Part shown: one piece after another, positions 47,705 to 56,803 of the stretch
How positions within the stretch are numbered: the stretch's first letter is position 1
Layout of the letters: every line of letters begins with the position of its first letter
NCBI GenBank assembly: GCA_964636885.1
Contig: CAZWVA010000003.1
Location: 11,678 to 75,677, forward strand
DNA from: an uncultured Spirochaetia bacterium
GTDB taxonomy: Bacteria > Desulfobacterota_D > UBA1144 > Nemesobacterales > CSP1-2
Length of the DNA: 64,000 nt
Direction of reading: 5' to 3'
Notes under the pieces: generated by a model
Seen by the model: the letters and a program-made list of their open reading frames with translations, nothing else
Database searches by the model: none
Told to the model about the DNA's origin: nothing
Made by a program: the position numbers and the translations under genes

Positions 47705-49258
47705 ATGAGTAAGGCCAAATGGCTTTTGCTATTCCTAGTGGCTATCTTCATGGCCATTCCGTCTTATGCAGTAGAGCTTTCTCTGGGTGGCTTTCCAAGC
47801 TATATGCGTACCCGAGCCCGTTTTATTAAGGATGCGACCTTTATCAGCTCTATAAGCGACGACCAGGCTAGGCTACTGGGGTTTAATGATGCGGATGACA
47901 ATATCTTTTTTGTTGATACGAGGCTTCGTTTAACCCCTCAGTTGGTCCTTAGCGACGCCGTAACGATTAGGGCGCAGGTAGACGTTGTTGACAACATGAT
48001 TTGGGGTGGCGCGACCTCCGCCCTTTTAGGGGGCCGTAGCACACTGGTAAATTCCTCTTTAACCACCGGTGACAGGTTCCGTGGGGCACTCCTTATAGGA
48101 GCGAATGCGATTGACAGGGGTATAGGTGAATCCTTCGGAGTAGACGACGAGGTCCAGTTCTTTAATGTCCGTATGCTCCATGCCGACATCGTTCTCCCGG
48201 CTAATTTGGGATTTGTAAGAATAGGGCGCCAGCCATTTGACTGGGGTCTTGGAATCCTGGCAAACGGCGGTTGGGACCCGCTATCCGATCTCGGTTTTGT
48301 TCTAGACAGGTTCCTTTATCTTAAATCCTGGCCTATTGGTGGTGGAACCTTCACATTCGTGTTTGTTACCGATAGGTTTACCCAAGGTAACACCCTAATA
48401 ACCGGAAACGGGGATGGATGGGATGGTGGCGCAGCCGCTATCGTTTATAACCATCCCAACGTGTTTGGTGGCAACCTAACTATAGGAGCCTATGACTTCC
48501 CGTATATCCATCAGACCAATTTCCTTGGTACTGACCTAAACGTAGACTGGTTTAACCTCTATGCGGGTCTCATTGACTGGAAGAGCGATATGCTGAGACT
48601 CGTCGGCGAGGTACAGGGAGGCGTTGGAAAGATAAGCGGAACTGGTGCCGGCGATTTAGATATCACCGCTCATAACCTTCTCTGGGCCGTCCGCGCCGAG
48701 TACTATCCTGGATTCCCAGTGAAGAACATCTCGGCCGAGTTTGGCTGGGCAGGTGGTGATGATGGCAATGATCCTGATTTTACAGGAAACGTCATAGTCT
48801 TTAACCCCGCCTATAACGCCGATAACCTTCTCTTTAAGCACATGATCCCGACTATATATCAGATAGAGGGTAGTGTAATAAACGCCTTCTATGCAAGGCT
48901 TTGGGGAACGGTAAAGCTTCTTGACAACCTTTCATTCACACCTCAGGTCCTGGTTGCTTGGAACGAGGAAACAAGCGCCCCACTTGGCCCGGGTACCCAG
49001 GATGTAGACAGGTACATGGGAACCGAGGTGGAAGGAACGTTTACGGTTAACGTCGTTCCCGGTGTCAATCTTGACCTTATAGGGAGCCTCGTGATCGCTG
49101 GCGACGGTTTAAAGGACCTTATAGAGCAGCAGGCTGCTACGAATGTCAACGCCGCGGTGCAAGGGGGTAACTTCGTACCGAGTGACTTTGATGCAGAGGA
49201 CGTGGCCTGGGGGGTTCAGGCAAGGCTTTTGATCTACATAGATCAGTTCTTTAAGTAA
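47705..49258 (+). CDS. Putative outer-membrane β-barrel protein (porin / alginate-export-like)
   Basis: Signal peptide (MSKAKWLLLFLVAIFMAIPSYA), alternating amphipathic β-strand pattern and a C-terminal aromatic residue. No confident family assignment. Confidence 0.45.
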   Translation: MSKAKWLLLFLVAIFMAIPSYAVELSLGGFPSYMRTRARFIKDATFISSISDDQARLLGFNDADDNIFFVDTRLRLTPQLVLSDAVTIRAQVDVVDNMIWGGATSALLGGRSTLVNSSLTTGDRFRGALLIGANAIDRGIGESFGVDDEVQFFNVRMLHADIVLPANLGFVRIGRQPFDWGLGILANGGWDPLSDLGFVLDRFLYLKSWPIGGGTFTFVFVTDRFTQGNTLITGNGDGWDGGAAAIVYNHPNVFGGNLTIGAYDFPYIHQTNFLGTDLNVDWFNLYAGLIDWKSDMLRLVGEVQGGVGKISGTGAGDLDITAHNLLWAVRAEYYPGFPVKNISAEFGWAGGDDGNDPDFTGNVIVFNPAYNADNLLFKHMIPTIYQIEGSVINAFYARLWGTVKLLDNLSFTPQVLVAWNEETSAPLGPGTQDVDRYMGTEVEGTFTVNVVPGVNLDLIGSLVIAGDGLKDLIEQQAATNVNAAVQGGNFVPSDFDAEDVAWGVQARLLIYIDQFFK

Positions 49259-49281
49259 GTAAATTATATAGATAAAAGAAT

Positions 49282-49325
49282 GAAGCGGGGATCTGGATGG
49301 GATTCCCCGCTTCTTTTATTTTTAT
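49282..49325 (+). terminator. Rho-independent terminator after the 47705 gene
   Basis: The stem GAAGCGGGGA...TCCCCGCTTC is followed by TTTTATTTTTA. Confidence 0.6.
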
Positions 49326-49707
49326 GACGGTTCCTTTACTGCCAGTTCCTTATGTTATACACGAATCAGGTAGTTATAATGGCTCGTTCGGAGAACAAGT
49401 CCATAGAAATAGAACACGTAGGGTGCGTTTCCCAAACGCACCAAATAACCGTAACACCAGTTAATTGTATAGTTTTTATCCATATAGTAGGTTAATCCTT
49501 GCGATTGCCCATTGTAGGGTGAACTAATTGGGCAACGACCTTAACTTCTCTTTAACACCCTGTCTATAATCCTTCTTAGCGATTCGAGCGATTGAACGCC
49601 ATGGATGGGAAAATCCTCAAAGATAAAGGTTGGAACTCCTGGGACGAGACCGTTATATTTTAACGATTCGATGACGAGCCTCTCTGTAATTCGTGTTGCC
49701 AAAAAAA

Positions 49708-51267
49708 TCAATGTCTAAAGTGTCTTACCCCTGTAAATATCATCGCCATACCGTGTTCATCCGCGGCGGCTATGGTTTCTTTGTCCCTTATGGAGCCGCC
49801 GGGTTGGACTATGGCGATGATTCCCGACTTTGCGGCTTCGTCAATGCCGTCGCGGAAAGGGAAGAAGGCATCTGATGCAAGGACGGCTCCCTTTGTCGGA
49901 ATCCTCGCTTTCATGGCGGCGATCTTAACCGAATCTACCCGACTCATCTGTCCCGCGCCGATTCCGATCGTCTGTCCCTTTCTTGCTATCACTATGGCGT
50001 TTGATTTTACGTTCTTGCAGACCTTCCATGCGAATTTAAGTGCCTCTATCTCTTCATCCGTGGGCTGGCGTTTGGTTACAACCCTAAGGTCGTTAAAGTC
50101 CTCGTCGGATCTAACGTCCCTATCCTGAATAAGGGCACCGCCCACTACCTTCTTGAGATCGAGTCCGCCCTTTTGTCTTGTTAGCGGCGGGGTTTTCATC
50201 ACCCTTAGGTTGGATTTGGTAGAGAGCAGGTAAATGGCCTTTTCCGTATAGGCAGGGGCAATCACCACTTCAAGAAACATTGCAGCGAGCTCCGAGGCTG
50301 TGCTTTCGTCTACCTCCCTGTTAAAGGCGACGATTCCTCCAAACGCGCTCTCAGGGTCACATTCCTTTGCTTTAAGGAAGGCCTCAAGAGGGGTTTCCCC
50401 GGTTGCAACCCCGCAGGGGTTATTATGCTTTACTATGACACAGGCGGTTTCCGAGAATTCCTTTACCGTTTCGAGTGCCGCATCCGCATCGTATATGTTG
50501 TTAAGGGAGAGTTCCTTTCCCTGAATCTGAATGGAGTTCGATATACAGGCCTCTTCCACCCCCGGCTGAACGTAAAAGGCCCCCTCTTGATGTGGGTTTT
50601 CACCGTATCTGAGCTTCATCTGTTTTTCAAAATGGAGGGTTAGGCTTGCCGGGAATTTCGTTTTTCGACCGTTCCCCTCTAAGGAGCCCAGGAAGTTCGA
50701 TATCGCTGCGTCGTAACGTGATACGTAGGAGAAGGCTTTTACGGCCAGATTGAAATTTACCTCAACCGGAATGGAACCGTTATTCCTCTTTAATTCGTTT
50801 ATCACCGTCTTATAGTCTTCTGGAAATGCCACAACCGTTATGTATCTATAGTTTTTGGCAGCGGCACGTAGAAGGGTAGGCCCACCGATATCTATATTTT
50901 CAATCACCTCCTCTAAATCCACCCCTTCCTTTTTGATCACCTCTTCAAAAGGGTAAAGGTTTACGACCACTATGTCTATGGGTTTAATCCCGTGATCTTC
51001 CATGTCTCTAAGATGGGCCTCGTTATCGCGTACCGCTAGGATTCCCGCATGGATCTTGGGATGCAGTGTTTTTACCCTGCCGCTTAAGAGTTCGGGAAGT
51101 TGGGTATAGTCTGAGATCTCAGTTACCGGAACCCCCGCATCTCTAATCAGCTTTGCAGTGCCACCGGTGGAGAGTATCTCGATGCCGAATTCTTTAAGCT
51201 CATTTGCAAGGTTGCCTATTCCGTCCTTTTTCGATACACTTATAAGAGCCCTTTCTGCTTTTCTCAT
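49708..51267 (-). CDS. purH: Bifunctional AICAR formyltransferase / IMP cyclohydrolase PurH
   Basis: N-terminal MGS-like IMPCH domain (ALISVSKK...STGGTAK) and a C-terminal AICARFT domain, with a canonical PurH length. Confidence 0.95.
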   Translation of the reverse strand: MRKAERALISVSKKDGIGNLANELKEFGIEILSTGGTAKLIRDAGVPVTEISDYTQLPELLSGRVKTLHPKIHAGILAVRDNEAHLRDMEDHGIKPIDIVVVNLYPFEEVIKKEGVDLEEVIENIDIGGPTLLRAAAKNYRYITVVAFPEDYKTVINELKRNNGSIPVEVNFNLAVKAFSYVSRYDAAISNFLGSLEGNGRKTKFPASLTLHFEKQMKLRYGENPHQEGAFYVQPGVEEACISNSIQIQGKELSLNNIYDADAALETVKEFSETACVIVKHNNPCGVATGETPLEAFLKAKECDPESAFGGIVAFNREVDESTASELAAMFLEVVIAPAYTEKAIYLLSTKSNLRVMKTPPLTRQKGGLDLKKVVGGALIQDRDVRSDEDFNDLRVVTKRQPTDEEIEALKFAWKVCKNVKSNAIVIARKGQTIGIGAGQMSRVDSVKIAAMKARIPTKGAVLASDAFFPFRDGIDEAAKSGIIAIVQPGGSIRDKETIAAADEHGMAMIFTGVRHFRH

Positions 51268-51312
51268 CTTAATCGCTCCTCGGATAGCTGATAATGAAAA
51301 TTAACATGGCTT

Positions 51313-51341
51313 TTGAGAAATTGTCAATTCTTACGTATAAT
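51313..51341 (+). promoter_or_regulatory. Candidate sigma70 promoter (TTGAGA-N17-TATAAT) for the MlaD-like gene
   Basis: A near-consensus -35, a 17-nt spacer and a perfect -10 lie about 80 nt upstream of the start at 51421. Confidence 0.45.
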
Positions 51342-51420
51342 CTTTGTGAATCGCCTATGTATTTCACCTTTATACATTGAATGGAAACCGTGTTAGGTCA
51401 AGGGCGTAAGTGGGTTTAAT

Positions 51421-52458
51421 ATGGGTGGGAGAGGATTAAATCTCAAGGTGGGACTATTCGTTTTAATCTCGCTTGCCGTCTTTATGGCCTTTGTTTTTGT
51501 CCTTGGGGGAGAGGGGTTTTTTTTGAGAAAGAGGTATGAGGTTCAGACCTCTTTTACAAACGTCGCTGGACTTGCCGAAGGGGCTCCTGTCAGGCTTTCG
51601 GGGTTGAATATAGGGAGTGTTAAAGAGATTCGATTTCCCGAAGATCCGAAGAAGGACTTCATAGTTGTGGTTATGGAGGTAAGCGCGGATGGTGTAAAAA
51701 GGATAGGACCCGATGCCGTGGCAACGATAAGAACCCAGGGGCTACTCGGTGATAAATACATAGAGATACTGAGAGGATCGAAGGAACCGCCTAAGGAGAT
51801 CCCCCGTGTCTTACAGATAAGCAGTTATACCCCTCCAGAGTTTGAAAAACTCCTTGGTCAATCCGAGGAACTTATAGACAACATAATAAGCATTTCAAAG
51901 AGCCTAGATGAAATCGTAAAGGCCTTTGGTAAGAAGGAAAACATCGAAAACATATCCAGAATTATCGCTTCGATAAGGAAAAGCTTAGAGGCTATCGAGA
52001 CTCAAAAAGGCGTTCTCCACGCCCTGATCTATGGAAGGGAGGATAAATCGGGAAGGGATTTTGAGGATACGCTTGGTGAATTTGATGAGGCTATTAATAA
52101 TTTGAACTCCCTGCTTAAGGATATAAAGAGAGAGAGGGGGATCATAAATGCTTTGATTTATGACGAAGGGTTGACCAAAAAATTGAGCGAGTTGGTCACC
52201 GATATAGATTCCTTAACCGAGGAGATCAGTAGGGAAGGGGGAATACTCCCCGAATTAAGGGAAACCGTATCGAACTTTAAAAGGATCTCCGAAAAACTAG
52301 AGGGTGGGGAGGGAACACTCGGAGCGCTTATAAATGATCCAACTGTCTACGATAATCTAAAGGGGGTTCTGGGAGAAGCGGAGAGGAGCAAGTTCGTACG
52401 CTCGGTTGTTAGGTACCTCATCGAGAATCAGAACAACAAACCCGATCAGAAAAAGTAG
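51421..52458 (+). CDS. MCE/MlaD-domain protein with a C-terminal coiled coil
   Basis: N-terminal TM anchor plus an MCE domain (YEVQTSFTNVAGLAEGAPVRLSGLNIGSVKEIRF) and a long helical C-terminus. Confidence 0.8.
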   Translation: MGGRGLNLKVGLFVLISLAVFMAFVFVLGGEGFFLRKRYEVQTSFTNVAGLAEGAPVRLSGLNIGSVKEIRFPEDPKKDFIVVVMEVSADGVKRIGPDAVATIRTQGLLGDKYIEILRGSKEPPKEIPRVLQISSYTPPEFEKLLGQSEELIDNIISISKSLDEIVKAFGKKENIENISRIIASIRKSLEAIETQKGVLHALIYGREDKSGRDFEDTLGEFDEAINNLNSLLKDIKRERGIINALIYDEGLTKKLSELVTDIDSLTEEISREGGILPELRETVSNFKRISEKLEGGEGTLGALINDPTVYDNLKGVLGEAERSKFVRSVVRYLIENQNNKPDQKK

Positions 52459-52477
52459 GACTAAGACCTCTATTCTA

Positions 52478-52553
52478 TGGAGCGGGCGACGGGACTCGAA
52501 CCCGCGACCTCAAGCTTGGGAAGCTTGCACTCTACCAACTGAGTTACGCCCGC
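52478..52553 (-). tRNA. tRNA-Gly (anticodon CCC)
   Basis: The reverse complement gives GCGGGCGTAACTCAGTTGGTAGAGTGCAAGCTTCCCAAGCTTGAGGTCGCGGGTTCGAGTCCCGTCGCCCGCTCCA. The cloverleaf has a 7-bp acceptor stem, a TTCCCAA anticodon loop (CCC), GTTCGAGTC in the T-arm and an encoded CCA. Confidence 0.9.
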
Positions 52554-52754
52554 ACCAAGTGAATAATTTAGTATGGCTCGATACAAAAGTCAAATATTCG
52601 CTTCTCTTGGCTATAATGATCCTGAACGGTTTAGACATAATAGGGTATGGACTTTAAAGAATATAAAAGCAGTGTGGAAAGAAAGTAGGAAGCGGTCTAA
52701 AATCAGGGTTAAAGGACGTAATATCTTTACTCAGATTAAAGACGAGGCTTCCTA

Positions 52755-53906
52755 CTATCTTCTAAGAGCGGGAATAACAAGAAGCGGACACCCGGCGCCT
52801 CGTAGAACCCGCTCTGTAGTACTTCCTCGAAGCGCATCCAGAAATCCTTCATGGCCATGTGTAGTCATAACTATGAGATCCGCGGAGCACTCCCTCTCCA
52901 GATTAAGGATCCCTTTTACCACATCGCCTTGGCGTACGATTCTCTCCCACCGCCAACCCTCCCTTTTGGGGGTATTAACCACAGGCATATGCTCAGGCTC
53001 TCCTATGTATATGAGAAAAAAGAGGCAGTTCCTACTGCCAAATGCACTGGCAATGGCGGAAGCCGCGTTAACCGCAAGCTGTGGGTTAGGATGGCTGTCA
53101 ATCGGTACCAACACCCTTCTCAAACTAACACCGCCATCCCGATATGATACGAATCCCTCGATCCCCTCTGGAATAAACAAAGTCATTTCCCCAGATCCTA
53201 TTGCAATGGGTATGGCTACCGATCTTTTGAGCCAGCCGATTGGTTCCCTGGACCTATGTGTAGCGAGCACGATAAGGTCGGTTGGATTCTGCTGGAGAAA
53301 ATGGAGGATGGAAGATACGGTGTCTTCTTCTACCTTAATTATCTTTTCGACTAAAATACCGGCCTTCTCTATGACATCCTCTCTTGAACTCCCCTTGGGC
53401 AATACTCGCCATCGTTCGAGCGTATGCCTCACCTCTGGGAATTCCAGGAAGCGGACGTCTTCTCTATTCTGGGTCACATGCAAAATGCTAAGCTTCGCTC
53501 CGGTAATAACCGAGAGTTTGAGCGCATGACAAAAGGCAACCTCGCTAGCCTTAGAGAAGTCTGTGGGGTGAAAGACGCTTAGAAGGGAGACGAAGGTCGA
53601 TCTATTCGTATGTATGGTGTTCTCGATAACCGGCCTCCGCTCCTTATGCTTATTATAAGCCTTACCCCCTATATGAGCCGGAGAGGTTCCTTCTGCCGAC
53701 ACGGTGCGTGATTCGGCAAGTGCCGTCAGTAGAATCTGGTAGGCGTTATTTATCTCCTTTAGCTTCTCCTCCGTCTTCTTCCGGAGCCTTGGATTGTACG
53801 AATATCTGTCTGGATGCCATACCTGCACCAAATCCCTATAGGCCTGCTCCAACTCTTCTTTAGTAAAATCCTTATCCAAGCCGAATAGCTCTAGTAACTT
53901 TTCCAT
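52755..53906 (-). CDS. J-domain (DnaJ-like) protein fused to tandem universal stress protein (Usp) domains
   Basis: The N-terminal J domain carries the HPD motif (YRDLVQVWHPDRY). It is followed by two Usp-like α/β domains (…ILHVTQ…VLATHRS…; …IYIGEP…VMTTHGHEG…LLVIP). Confidence 0.75.
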   Translation of the reverse strand: MEKLLELFGLDKDFTKEELEQAYRDLVQVWHPDRYSYNPRLRKKTEEKLKEINNAYQILLTALAESRTVSAEGTSPAHIGGKAYNKHKERRPVIENTIHTNRSTFVSLLSVFHPTDFSKASEVAFCHALKLSVITGAKLSILHVTQNREDVRFLEFPEVRHTLERWRVLPKGSSREDVIEKAGILVEKIIKVEEDTVSSILHFLQQNPTDLIVLATHRSREPIGWLKRSVAIPIAIGSGEMTLFIPEGIEGFVSYRDGGVSLRRVLVPIDSHPNPQLAVNAASAIASAFGSRNCLFFLIYIGEPEHMPVVNTPKREGWRWERIVRQGDVVKGILNLERECSADLIVMTTHGHEGFLDALRGSTTERVLRGAGCPLLVIPALRR

Positions 53907-54118
53907 GTTGATATTCTAGACCACATGATCGCCCAAATGGCTCATCATGCTGAGCTTTTGGAACACTCATTATAGATTCCTGGAAGCTCTCAGTAGAGCT
54001 TACGAGGAGGCTCACCAAGTGAGCTTCTTCAGCTGCTTTACTCCCTCGGAATGATGCTAGTTTATAGATTTAGAGCCAAAATCTGACTAGAGCTTCAAAC
54101 TCCTAAAATGTAACGGTC

Positions 54119-54283
54119 AGCATCGGTCATGCTTCTTGACCCTTATCCTCGCCCTTATCCTTGGACGATCCTTTGTCCTGACAAGCCACCGCATCCTTGG
54201 TTATTCCGTTCAAGGCAGAAAACGAAATTGTCCCAAAAGTCAATCCTAGAGCCACCGCTATGGCGATTATAAATTTACTCACG
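54119..54283 (-). CDS. Small predicted secreted/membrane peptide (54 aa, GTG start), not in the ORF track
   Basis: A GGGGAGG RBS sits 5 nt upstream of a GTG. The frame reads MSKFIIAIAVALGLTFGTISFSALNGITKDAVACQDKGSSKDKGEDKGQEA*, with a hydrophobic N-terminus and a charged Lys/Asp/Gly-rich tail. Confidence 0.3.
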
Positions 54284-54685
54284 AATTACCTCCCCGGTCA
54301 TAGAATCGTCTAAAGTTTACCGAACTTTTAGGAATTTGTCTTTCAATCACGATGTTAAGCCGTTACCCCGCCTATTCCCGAAGTTCCACCTGTAACCAGC
54401 GCCGCCTTTCCTTCGAATGAACCCATGATTCTTTCTCTCTTTATTTTGTGTTATACATTAAGATAGAAAACCATATAAATGGGTTCAACCAAAACGATCT
54501 TAATTCCCCGTTTAGGAAAAGAAGGGCATGGGCTTGAGCATTGCTCTATGGAATAGACCCCACCTAGCATTTTCTCCATGTTTACAGAGTGCGGAAATCT
54601 CAGCCGCTCTTGAGGTCACCCTTCCAGACCGCCGAGGCTTTTCATGGTCCCTCCTTAAATCCTTGGTTGAGCTACTCTTATTATA

Positions 54686-55696
54686 TCAGAGTCGTATGAC
54701 TACCTTGCCAAAGTGCGCGCCGCTTTCCATGTACCGGAATGCCTCCCGGGTCTCTTCAAACGGAAACACACGATCTATTACAGGGTGGAGTTGATGTAGG
54801 GAAATGGCACGGTTCATCGCTTCAAACATCTCACGAGAACCCACATAGATACCCTGTATACGTATGTTTTTCATAATAGCGGGTAATGGGTTTGCCTCTC
54901 CGGTACCGGAGAGCACGCCGATTAGGCTTATATGTCCTCCCATACGCACGGCGCGAAGGGACTTTGTAAGTGTGCCGGCGCCCCCTACTTCGACTACATG
55001 GTCTACACCCCTCCTGCCGGTTATCTCAAGTACCCTCTTATCCCAGTCCGGTACGGATTTGTAGTTTATACCGTCCGATGCTCCTAGTTGTTTTACTCGC
55101 TCTAGCTTTTCGTCGTTGCTAGAGGTCACGATCACCCTTGCTCCAGAAATCCTAGCAAACTGAAGTGCAAATATGGAGACCCCTCCCGTACCCATCACCA
55201 GCACAGTATCTCCGGTCTTCAGGCCACCAGATGTGATAAGCCCATTCCATGCGGTAACCGCTGCACAGGGCAATGTGGCCGCCTCCTCATGAGACAGGTG
55301 TTCGGGGACATTCACCAATCCATCCTGATTGAATAAAACATATTCTGCGAGTACCCCGTCAATCGCTCCGCCAAGAGCCGACCTTGCCTTGTTCTCATCC
55401 AGCTCCCCCGATATCCAGGTTTGGAAGAAGGTACCGGCAACCCGGTCTCCCGGCTTAACCCGTGTTACACCGTCTCCCACCTCGACGACCTCACCGGCCC
55501 CATCTGAACAAGGAATGAGAGGCAGAGGTAGATTACGACTATAGGCGCCTTTTACCACAAGCAAATCGCGGTAGTTTAGCGATACGGCCCTAATCTTCAC
55601 CAGCACCTGTCCATATCCGGGGCTTGGAATTGGTCGCTCTACCAGATCTAGGGCATCGATTCCCGATGGTTGTTTTATCTCAAAAGCCCTCATCAT
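54686..55696 (-). CDS. Zinc-type alcohol dehydrogenase-like / NADPH:quinone oxidoreductase (MDR superfamily)
   Basis: GroES-like N-terminal domain plus a Rossmann domain (VLVMGTGGVSIFALQFA). The probable start is the ATGATG after the AAGGAGGG RBS, eight to nine codons inside the track ORF. Confidence 0.85.
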   Translation of the reverse strand: MMRAFEIKQPSGIDALDLVERPIPSPGYGQVLVKIRAVSLNYRDLLVVKGAYSRNLPLPLIPCSDGAGEVVEVGDGVTRVKPGDRVAGTFFQTWISGELDENKARSALGGAIDGVLAEYVLFNQDGLVNVPEHLSHEEAATLPCAAVTAWNGLITSGGLKTGDTVLVMGTGGVSIFALQFARISGARVIVTSSNDEKLERVKQLGASDGINYKSVPDWDKRVLEITGRRGVDHVVEVGGAGTLTKSLRAVRMGGHISLIGVLSGTGEANPLPAIMKNIRIQGIYVGSREMFEAMNRAISLHQLHPVIDRVFPFEETREAFRYMESGAHFGKVVIRL

Positions 55697-55750
55697 TCTC
55701 TCCCTCCTTTCTTCATACATTCTTCATTGAAGATCTTTACCGTTAAACTT

Positions 55751-56653
55751 TTATCTTAAACCCGCATTTTCGGCAATAACCCTTGCAAGCCCAGCCCAGT
55801 CGATATCACCTCGACCACGGGCGATTGCCGATAAAAGGTGATCCCGAATGAGACTCGCAAGCGGCATAGGGGTAGCGGTATCCTCGGCGGCCTCAATAAC
55901 AAGGCGCATGTCCTTAAAACCAAGCTTGGTCTTGAATCCGGCTGGTTCGTAACGCTCCTCGACCATAATCGAGCCATAGTTTTTATAGACAGGCGACTGG
56001 AATAGTGCGTTTATAATCTCAAGAAACCGATTTGCATCCACGCCTGACTTGCGAACCAGTGTAAGAGCCTCACCAAGCGCCTCCAGCATCGAGGCAACGA
56101 TAAAGTTGCCAGCGAGCTTGACGACGTTAGCAAGCCAAGGCTCCTCACCTACGGTAAACACCCCCTGACCCATTGAATCCAGTAGTGGACGACACCTCCT
56201 TATCTCTTCCTGTGGCCCTGAGACCATCACCCATAGCTTCGCTGCCACTGCAGCTTCAGGACGGCCAAAGACAGGGGCTGCAATATAGGATTGCCCTGCC
56301 CTTAAGTGGGCATCCGCCAACCGCTTGGAGAGAGACACGCTTATCGTACTCATAGAGACATGCAAAGCACCTTGCCTTAGGCCATGGATAACACCCCGCA
56401 TCCCTTCACCTTGGGTTCCACCGCCTCCAAAGACGATCTCCTCAACCGCCTCGTCGTTTGCGAGCATGGTTATAACCACATCGGCATTGAGTGCGGTATC
56501 GTAAGGGGAATCGGCCACATGTGCGCCGTCCTGACGTAATTCCTCAGCGCGGCTTCGTGTGCGGTTATAAACCGTTAGCTCATGCCCCGCCCGAGCGATG
56601 TTACGCGCCATGGCTCGTCCCATGTTGCCGAGTCCTATGAATCCTACCTTCAT
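55751..56653 (-). CDS. NAD(P)-binding β-hydroxyacid dehydrogenase family (3-hydroxyisobutyrate / 6-phosphogluconate dehydrogenase-like)
   Basis: MKVGFIGLGNMGRAMARN Rossmann start after a GGAGGA RBS, an internal start relative to the track ORF. The C-terminal helical domain is conserved. Confidence 0.85.
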   Translation of the reverse strand: MKVGFIGLGNMGRAMARNIARAGHELTVYNRTRSRAEELRQDGAHVADSPYDTALNADVVITMLANDEAVEEIVFGGGGTQGEGMRGVIHGLRQGALHVSMSTISVSLSKRLADAHLRAGQSYIAAPVFGRPEAAVAAKLWVMVSGPQEEIRRCRPLLDSMGQGVFTVGEEPWLANVVKLAGNFIVASMLEALGEALTLVRKSGVDANRFLEIINALFQSPVYKNYGSIMVEERYEPAGFKTKLGFKDMRLVIEAAEDTATPMPLASLIRDHLLSAIARGRGDIDWAGLARVIAENAGLR

Positions 56654-56803
56654 TAGATCCTCCTCACTCGTTTCACTAACCCGCATCGGGTTCTTTGTCA
56701 GTCGGTCTTTAATCACCTTGTGGAAGCACCATACCGCACAGGAACGGTCATCCTCGTTGTATTTTACCTATCGAGGGGCCATTCACCCAATATTATATCT
56801 CAC

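Noticed and set aside
53940-54010. Possible CIRCE heat-shock operator upstream of the J-Usp gene (TTGGAACACTC...)
   Set aside because: It matches the CIRCE consensus TTAGCACTC-N9-GAGTGCTAA only loosely, with an insertion and no matching downstream half-site.
54528-54794. 88-aa plus-strand ORF
   Set aside because: Its 3' half is antisense to the quinone oxidoreductase C-terminus. There is no RBS and its composition is shadow-like.
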